From: Candidatus Heimdallarchaeota archaeon
GTDB taxonomy: Archaea > Asgardarchaeota > Heimdallarchaeia > JABLTI01
Assembly: GCA_019058275.1 (NCBI GenBank)
Contig: JAHLVW010000021.1
Coordinates: 1-10,175 of the forward strand
Direction: 5' to 3'
DNA length: 10,175 nucleotides
This document shows positions 1-5,948 of the stretch, in pieces. A program made the position numbers and the translations under genes. The notes beneath the pieces are model-generated. The model was not told the origin of the DNA and searched no databases. It saw only the letters and a program-made list of their open reading frames with translations. Numbering within the stretch: the first letter of the stretch is position 1; each line of letters begins with the position of its first letter.

Positions 1-117
1 AGATAAGAGAACGCAAAAAATCATGAATGGTAAAATATTAAACCTTATAAGAAGAATTTATTACTACAAAAATAACAGTATAACAGTAAAAGAAACTCAT
101 ATTGGAGTCAAAGAAGG

Positions 118-1425
118 ATGATAAAACGAGTCTTAGTAGTAAAAAACAAACTTCCATTGGTTAATAGAAGCTATAAACCTGGTATAACCCAAGATCAAGG
201 TACTTCATTAGGTGAATATCAAGCGATTGTTGAAACCATATCTGGAAAAATGCTACCGGTGCAGAAAAAAGAAGAGATAATTGGTAACAATAAACTAACA
301 TATGAATTGGATGATTCTGTACTATTTATAATTAGTTCAGATCCAAATGAAATTGGTATTTTAGAGATCTTACTGCCTGAACTAAAGAATTTATTCTTTG
401 CTATTTTTCCAAAGGATTTTGTTAGTGGATGGTCTGGAGACGATTTATCGGTTTTTAAGGGATTTGAATCAAAATGTGACCAATTACGCAGTGCATTTGA
501 AAATCGGATAATGACCAAATCAGGCAGTCGAAGAGTTATTGATACACTTAGTGTAATGGAATTACCTCAAAGATTACAGAAAACAGCATTAACCATTCTA
601 GATGCTAAAATAGCAGCTTTTGAGGATGTTATCAGATTAACAGCTGTTACTCCACAAGAAGCTGTTGCGAATATACAAGAGATTCTGAATGCAGGTTTTC
701 TATACACTACAAAAATGGGCAATAAAGTGTTTTATTCTGTTAAATCCTTTGACGAATCAACTGTTGTAGAAGCAGCTCCAAGTGCACCTGCACAAGTTGT
801 TCCACCAAGTAAACCAGTACCAACAGCATCAGTTGCAGAAAGACCACTTGGTATCGATGTTAAGAAACGAGATATTGATAAAGGTAATATGCCATTTTTA
901 ATGAAGCAATTTAAGAAGGATTTAGACAAAGCTTTCAACGCAATCATTAATCGCAGAATTATCTTAGTTTTACTAGATCCTAAAACTGATAAAAATCAGG
1001 TATTAATTAACATGATTTTTGATACGTTTCAATGCTTTGCTCCTGATCGAGAATTGCGCATTGTTAGTTTTACAAAGGATTTCATTCATCCACGAGATGC
1101 AGACATCATTCGTGTTGAACGTGACTTGTTGCAATTCTATTCTAATGAAATTGTGCTTGATGTTGATAAAAAGAAAATTCTAAATGGTGATAATTCAGTT
1201 TATTTAGCAGACATAATTAAAGAAATGAGCAAGATGAAACATTCTAAATGTGTTTCATTACTAATCAACCGTGTTGCTTTAATTGAGAGATTAGCTCAAG
1301 ATTGGGCAAAAATCAAGAAACTTAACTTACCTTCTGAAGATTTCATTACTAATGTCAGAGGAAAACACAACCCAGCAATCATTCAAGTTATGGATGATGT
1401 TGCAGTAAATGTATTCATCAAATAA
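118..1425 (+). CDS. Longin + winged-helix + folliculin/DENN-like domain protein (putative small-GTPase regulator)
   Basis: 435 aa. Residues ~1-128 show a longin-like pattern (IKRVLVVK...KLTYELDDSVLFIISSD...ELKNLFFAIF...WSGDDLSVFKGFESKCD). Residues ~141-208 form a wHTH (LPQRLQKTALTIL...ILNAGFLYTTKMGNKVFYSV). A Pro/Ala linker spans ~215-243. Residues ~257-435 are DENN-like (AFNAIINRRIILVL...IFDTFQCFAP...LRIVSF...IVLDVDKKKI). The ORF itself is secure; the domain calls are inference. Confidence 0.7.
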   Translation: MIKRVLVVKNKLPLVNRSYKPGITQDQGTSLGEYQAIVETISGKMLPVQKKEEIIGNNKLTYELDDSVLFIISSDPNEIGILEILLPELKNLFFAIFPKDFVSGWSGDDLSVFKGFESKCDQLRSAFENRIMTKSGSRRVIDTLSVMELPQRLQKTALTILDAKIAAFEDVIRLTAVTPQEAVANIQEILNAGFLYTTKMGNKVFYSVKSFDESTVVEAAPSAPAQVVPPSKPVPTASVAERPLGIDVKKRDIDKGNMPFLMKQFKKDLDKAFNAIINRRIILVLLDPKTDKNQVLINMIFDTFQCFAPDRELRIVSFTKDFIHPRDADIIRVERDLLQFYSNEIVLDVDKKKILNGDNSVYLADIIKEMSKMKHSKCVSLLINRVALIERLAQDWAKIKKLNLPSEDFITNVRGKHNPAIIQVMDDVAVNVFIK

Positions 1426-1454
1426 AGAAAATAGTTGACCTATTGGTCTTTTAA

Positions 1455-1479
1455 TTTTTTTTTCCCCCCTTTTTATTTT
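1455..1479 (+). terminator. U-rich archaeal-type terminator candidate after ORF1
   Basis: T9 at 1455-1463, then C6 and further T runs, starting ~30 nt after the stop at 1425. Oligo-U tracts are the usual archaeal termination signal. Confidence 0.5.
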
Positions 1480-1580
1480 GGTTTGTATGTTGGTAAAAGT
1501 TTTAATCTATTAACTGAAATCTGTTACTTATAATTGAAATAAAACAATCATTAATTACAATTTATAGTCCAGTAAAATAA

Positions 1581-1586
1581 GAGGTG
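1581..1586 (+). promoter_or_regulatory. Shine-Dalgarno site GAGGTG
   Basis: Ends 9 nt before ATG 1596 and matches the archaeal SD core GGAGGTGA. Confidence 0.7.
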
Positions 1587-1595
1587 TAAGAAAAT

Positions 1596-2342
1596 ATGAC
1601 TGATATTTCAGAAGTCTTATCAGCTATCAAGAGAGGAGAATTGATTTTAGAGGAAGCACTCAATGAGTTAAATACTGTTTTTTCTACAGTGAATAAAGAT
1701 ATAGAAGATATGAAGCAACCTATTCAAGAATTAATAGAATTCGAAAAAAGACAAAATAATGAAATCTCAAATTATGAATCAAGCAATTTAGCATTAACTC
1801 AAGAGATTAATTCATTTAAGGAAGAAAAAGCAACGAACGAAAGAACTTTACAAGATACTCAAAATAACCTTGCAGAAACAACAGAGAAGAGAGCAAAATT
1901 AGAAACCAAAAAGAGAGATGCATTAACAGAGCTATCTAATAATGAGAAGAAATTAGACACAGCAAAAGCAGAACTTACCATGGAAAAAGAACTTGAACAG
2001 AAAATTATTGCTGAGAAAAGTCAAATTATTGAATCAACCGAACAGAAAGTCATTGATATCGAAAAACAGGCTGAAACAGAAAAAAATCTGTTGAAAAAAG
2101 CAGAAGGCGAGAGAATGGCCTTAGAATATTTAATAAAAAGAGGTCATATCGAATTCAATGAAATTAAAATAATTAGTTCATTGGAAGGAAGAAAAAATAC
2201 CGATATGACAACTATTTCTAAAGTAACTGGTTTGTCGGAGTCATTAATCGCAAAAACACTTGAAGGATTAATGAAAAGAGGATTATTATCTTATGATGAT
2301 TCTACTGGAGCTATAGCAATTACAGGAAATCTGAAGCTATAA
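1596..2342 (+). CDS. Long coiled-coil protein with C-terminal winged helix (paralog A)
   Basis: 248 aa. About 175 aa of E/K/L/Q-rich heptad helix, followed by a wHTH pattern (EIKIISSL...DMTTISKVTGLSESLIAKTLEGLMKRGLLSYD). Good SD. Confidence 0.8.
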   Translation: MTDISEVLSAIKRGELILEEALNELNTVFSTVNKDIEDMKQPIQELIEFEKRQNNEISNYESSNLALTQEINSFKEEKATNERTLQDTQNNLAETTEKRAKLETKKRDALTELSNNEKKLDTAKAELTMEKELEQKIIAEKSQIIESTEQKVIDIEKQAETEKNLLKKAEGERMALEYLIKRGHIEFNEIKIISSLEGRKNTDMTTISKVTGLSESLIAKTLEGLMKRGLLSYDDSTGAIAITGNLKL

Positions 2343-2355
2343 TGGAGGGCAGGAA

Positions 2356-3105
2356 ATGACTGACTTTGTAAGCTTAAAAAGAAATTTAGCAACCGAAAAA
2401 GAACGACTTGAGAAATTAGGACAAAATACTAATCAAAAATTAGCTGAAGTTCTAAAGGAAATAGAAAATGCATTGATTTATCTCGATAAAACTGAAACTA
2501 GTTTCAAAGAAATGGAGAATAATCTCAACAATCGAAAAAAAGATGAAATCGATTTCCAAAATCAGAAGAAAACTTTACTGAGCGAAATTGAATCCTTAAG
2601 AGAACATATTGAACGCATTAATATCTCAATCAAAGATGAAGATGAAAGAATAGCAAAACTAGAAGCTGAAATATCACAATTAAATAACGATTTAGCACTT
2701 AAGCAAAATGATCTTTCTAAAACAGAGCGAACAATTGGTGACATGAAATCAAGTAATAAAGAGAAAAATCAAGAGAAAGAGGATATTAAGTCAAATATGG
2801 AATTTAGACTTTCAAAAGCTCAACAAATTTTACAAGAACTAGAAATTGAAAAAGAAAAAGACATGAAGGTTAGCCCAATATTAGATTTCTTGCTAAAAGA
2901 GGTACGTATTGATATTCCAGAAGTAGAAATTCTATCAGTGCTTGCTTACAGAAATCAAGCTATGGGTATCGAGGAGCTGAAACAAGCAGCTTCTAAAACA
3001 CCACCAGTTATTATCTTAAAAGTAATACGAAATCTTGACAGTAAAGGCATAATCAAGTACGATGAAAGATTAGATACAATAGAAATAATAGCTAATCTAG
3101 TTTAG
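2356..3105 (+). CDS. Long coiled-coil protein with C-terminal winged helix (paralog B)
   Basis: 249 aa with the same architecture (EVEILSVL...MGIEELKQAA...IILKVIRNLDSKGIIKYD). SD GGAGGG at 2344-2349. The 13-nt gap from paralog A implies co-transcription. Confidence 0.8.
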   Translation: MTDFVSLKRNLATEKERLEKLGQNTNQKLAEVLKEIENALIYLDKTETSFKEMENNLNNRKKDEIDFQNQKKTLLSEIESLREHIERINISIKDEDERIAKLEAEISQLNNDLALKQNDLSKTERTIGDMKSSNKEKNQEKEDIKSNMEFRLSKAQQILQELEIEKEKDMKVSPILDFLLKEVRIDIPEVEILSVLAYRNQAMGIEELKQAASKTPPVIILKVIRNLDSKGIIKYDERLDTIEIIANLV

Positions 3106-3246
3106 GTATTCAATAGAAAACACAAAGGAATTTCTATAGCAAATATCAGCACAAACTTGGCACTTTAGATGGATTTATTAACAAAGTTAATGAATAAATT
3201 TCCGTATACAACGATGATTAATCATATTAAAGAAGGGAATTATTGA

Positions 3247-3786
3247 TTGAGCTTCTTAGCTAGACTCTTTAGGCAAAAAAAACAATTCAAAATAGCAGTT
3301 GTTGGTTTGGATTCAGCTGGTAAAACCACAATGCTAAACTTTTTGCGTTTTGAAAAAAGCATTGAGACATTACCAACGATCGGTGTGAATGTAGAAGTTC
3401 TCCAACGACAAAATGTTAATCTTAGTGTTTTTGATTTGGGTGGACAAATGCACTTTAGGACTCTTTGGGGAACACTTATGAAAGGCTCAAGTGCGATAAT
3501 TTTTGTTATTGATTCATCTGATCACGAACGTATTGAAGAAGCTAAAAATGAATTGTGGAAAGTATTACTTGATCCTTTATATCCAGATGCACCTTTATTG
3601 ATTGTAGCGAATAAACAGGATAAAACATATGCCATGACTATAGATGAAATTATTAGAGCATGTAATTTAGATGATCCTGAGAAAATGCAAAATCGTAGTT
3701 GGCACATACAACCCACAGTTGCAACAACTGGAGTTGGTGTGGAAGAAGCTATCAAATGGATAGTAATTGAATTAGATAAATTATGA
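3247..3786 (+). CDS. Arf-family (Arf/Arl-like) small GTPase
   Basis: 179 aa, TTG start. G1 GLDSAGKTT, G2 PTIG, G3 FDLGGQ, switch II R-x-L-W, G4 NKQD, G5 TVATTG, plus the Arf-type C-terminus RSWHIQPTVATTGVGVEEAIKWI. N-terminal amphipathic helix MSFLARLFRQKK. Confidence 0.95.
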   Translation: MSFLARLFRQKKQFKIAVVGLDSAGKTTMLNFLRFEKSIETLPTIGVNVEVLQRQNVNLSVFDLGGQMHFRTLWGTLMKGSSAIIFVIDSSDHERIEEAKNELWKVLLDPLYPDAPLLIVANKQDKTYAMTIDEIIRACNLDDPEKMQNRSWHIQPTVATTGVGVEEAIKWIVIELDKL

Positions 3787-3805
3787 GTGTTTGGGTGAAA
3801 GATAG

Positions 3806-4105
3806 ATGGTAGAAATCTCAAGACCAATGATTTTACGAATTGGAACTCCAAAAATCGAGAAAGATCTCAAAAGAGTTCATCAGCTGTTGATTAGTGCAGG
3901 ATATCAAAAAGTTGAGGAAGGAAAGTATGCTCACACTTCTGAACCCACTCTTTCTGCACTTTTGGGATTAGACGTTATAAAGGACAATGAAGGGAATCCT
4001 TTAGAAGAAGTAATTGAGCTAATTCTTTCTGATGCTGATAACTATGTTAATCAAACAATATACAACGCTTTAGCAACAGTATTTCCATTGGAATTAACGA
4101 AGTAG
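3806..4105 (+). CDS. Small alpha/beta protein of unknown function, probably co-transcribed with the Arf gene
   Basis: 99 aa, ATG start, SD GGGTGA at 3793-3798, 19 nt after the Arf stop. Composition is typical of a globular protein. Confidence 0.75.
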   Translation: MVEISRPMILRIGTPKIEKDLKRVHQLLISAGYQKVEEGKYAHTSEPTLSALLGLDVIKDNEGNPLEEVIELILSDADNYVNQTIYNALATVFPLELTK

Positions 4106-4217
4106 AAAGTAGTAAAGATAACTCATTTCAATAGATTTTTGAGATAATTATCTCAAATTTTTTAATAATCAATTATTTGATATTAGATTTAGAAGAAGAT
4201 TAGGATTCAAATTTGGC

Positions 4218-5237
4218 ATGTCAAAAAATAAAGAGATAATTTGCTTAGGTATAGAGAGCACTGCTCATACTCTCGGTGTTGGAATAATAGATTCTTCAGG
4301 TAAAATTCATGCAGATGTAAGATCTTCATATATACCCCCTGTTGGAGGAGGAATTCATCCTAGAGAAGCAGCTAGGCACCATAGTAATATAGCCCCTAAA
4401 CTCATAAGAGATGCACTAAAAGAAGCTAAAATAACAGCAAAAAAACTCTCTTTAATCTCATTTTCACGTGGACCTGGCATGGGCCCTTGTTTACGAACTG
4501 GCGCAGTTATAGCAAGATCAGTTGCTAGTTATTATAAAATTCCATTAGTTGGTGTAAATCATATTATTTCTCATATAGAGCTTGGTAAATTGCTAACGAA
4601 AACGAAGAATCCTATTATACTAATGGTGAGTGGTGGAACAACTCAGATTTCTTCTTTAACGAATAATTATTACACTGTTTTTGGTGAAACATTGGATATT
4701 TCGATAGGAAATTGCTTCGATAAATTCTCTCGAGAAGTTGGCATTCATGATCCAGATAATCCATGGCCAGGACCGATTTTTGATAAGGTTGCTGCCAAAG
4801 GAAAAAACTACCATGAGTTACCATATAGTGTAAAAGGAATGAGTGTGAGTTTTTCAGGATTACTTACTGCAGCAATAAGACTAGTACAAGAAGGAATAAA
4901 ACTGGAAGATGCAGCCTATAGCTTACAAGAAACAGCTTTATCAATGTTAACAGAAATAGCAGAAAGAGCTATTGCACATACAAGAGCTAAAGAATTATTG
5001 GTTGTAGGTGGTTTTGCTAGAAATAAAAGATTTCATGAAATGTTACGTGAAATTTGTAAAGATTGGGGACTAGAGCTTTCAGTTTGTCCTTATAAGTACG
5101 CAAGTGATAATGGTACAATGATTGCTTGGGGTGGCATTTTAGACTATACTGCTTCAGGGGAACTAATGCCAAATGAGTCTCTTGTGTTACCTGATTGGCG
5201 TAGTGATTCAGTAGAAATTAAATGGAATAAAATATAG
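4218..5237 (+). CDS. kae1: tRNA N6-adenosine threonylcarbamoyltransferase Kae1 (KEOPS subunit, standalone)
   Basis: 339 aa. Motifs LGIESTAHT, GGGIHPREAARHH, GPGMGPCL, metal-binding HIISH (HxxxH), VSGGTTQ, GETLD...GNCFDK, YSLQET and DNGTMIA. No Bud32 kinase fusion. Confidence 0.97.
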   Translation: MSKNKEIICLGIESTAHTLGVGIIDSSGKIHADVRSSYIPPVGGGIHPREAARHHSNIAPKLIRDALKEAKITAKKLSLISFSRGPGMGPCLRTGAVIARSVASYYKIPLVGVNHIISHIELGKLLTKTKNPIILMVSGGTTQISSLTNNYYTVFGETLDISIGNCFDKFSREVGIHDPDNPWPGPIFDKVAAKGKNYHELPYSVKGMSVSFSGLLTAAIRLVQEGIKLEDAAYSLQETALSMLTEIAERAIAHTRAKELLVVGGFARNKRFHEMLREICKDWGLELSVCPYKYASDNGTMIAWGGILDYTASGELMPNESLVLPDWRSDSVEIKWNKI

Positions 5238-5265
5238 AGAAAATATTTCACGAGGGTGACATTGA

Positions 5266-5934
5266 TTGATTTTAAAAATTAATCCTGCAAAACCAAATCA
5301 AGAATCTATTAACGAGGTTATATCAGTTCTGAAAAATGGAGGTTTAGTTGTATATCCGACTGAAACAGCTTACGGATTAGGTTGTGATGCTTTTAACACT
5401 CAAGCAATAAACAAAGTCTTCAATGTAAAGAATAGACCTAATGATCAACCTTTGCCAGTAATTGTAAACAATCTGGATATGATTAAAACAATTGCAAAAA
5501 CAAATAATGATATTAAACTTCTTATAAACATGTTTCATCCGGGTCCTTTGGTAATAGCAAGTAACAAAAAGAAGATAATTCCAGATGTTTTGAATGCTAA
5601 AGGAATTGCTTTCAGAATATCTAGTAATATAATCGTTTCAAAAATTATTGATGGTTTAAAGAACCCATTAGTATCAACAAGTGCAAATCTTACTGGAGAT
5701 AAACCACCATACTCACTTGATCAAGTTATTAGCTCGTTAGATGAAACTAAGATAGATTTGATATTGGATGCTGGTCAGTTACCAGTTAGAAAAGTATCAA
5801 CAGTAATTGATTTTCTTGAAGAACCATCACCTCAAATAATAAGAATTGGTGAGATATTGCCTGAAGATATCTTTGCTACTCTTGAAATAAAAGAAGAAGA
5901 TTGGTCTAATCATTTGAGATTAATAAGTTCTTGA
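5266..5934 (+). CDS. sua5: L-threonylcarbamoyladenylate synthase, single-domain TsaC/YrdC type
   Basis: 222 aa, TTG start with SD GAGGGTGA at 5252-5259. Motifs VYPTETAYGLG, KNR (KxR), PGPL, STSAN, STVID and IIRIG. Confidence 0.95.
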   Translation: MILKINPAKPNQESINEVISVLKNGGLVVYPTETAYGLGCDAFNTQAINKVFNVKNRPNDQPLPVIVNNLDMIKTIAKTNNDIKLLINMFHPGPLVIASNKKKIIPDVLNAKGIAFRISSNIIVSKIIDGLKNPLVSTSANLTGDKPPYSLDQVISSLDETKIDLILDAGQLPVRKVSTVIDFLEEPSPQIIRIGEILPEDIFATLEIKEEDWSNHLRLISS

Positions 5935-5948
5935 ACTAATTTTATACT

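Noticed and set aside
219-947. Minus-strand ORFs 219-518 and 732-947
   Set aside because: They are antisense shadows inside ORF1, Ser-rich, with no recognisable motifs.
1596-3105. Coiled-coil pair as Hop2-Mnd1 (suggested by the nearby RadA paralog), SMC/Rad50, ESCRT-III/CdvB or Spc24/25
   Set aside because: Hop2-Mnd1 have the WH at the N-terminus, the reverse of this order. There are no Walker motifs or hinge for SMC. The coil is continuous and lacks the basic-N/acidic-C Snf7 pattern. The heads look like wHTH, not RWD.
3244-3246. UGA before Arf as a selenocysteine codon
   Set aside because: It is not in a redox motif, I could not identify a SECIS-like hairpin nearby, and the TTG start already yields a normal Arf N-terminus.
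3806-4105. 99-aa ORF as KEOPS subunit Pcc1 or as a roadblock protein
   Set aside because: Size and position next to kae1 or a GTPase are suggestive. However, I see neither the Pcc1 pattern ending in a long 'LRAxxNSxLR' helix nor the roadblock alpha-beta-beta-alpha-beta-beta-beta pattern. A profile search would be needed to exclude these fully.
2562-4824. Minus-strand ORFs 2562-2744, 3522-3851 and 4615-4824
   Set aside because: They overlap well-supported plus-strand genes (coil B, Arf, kae1) and have no protein-like features.
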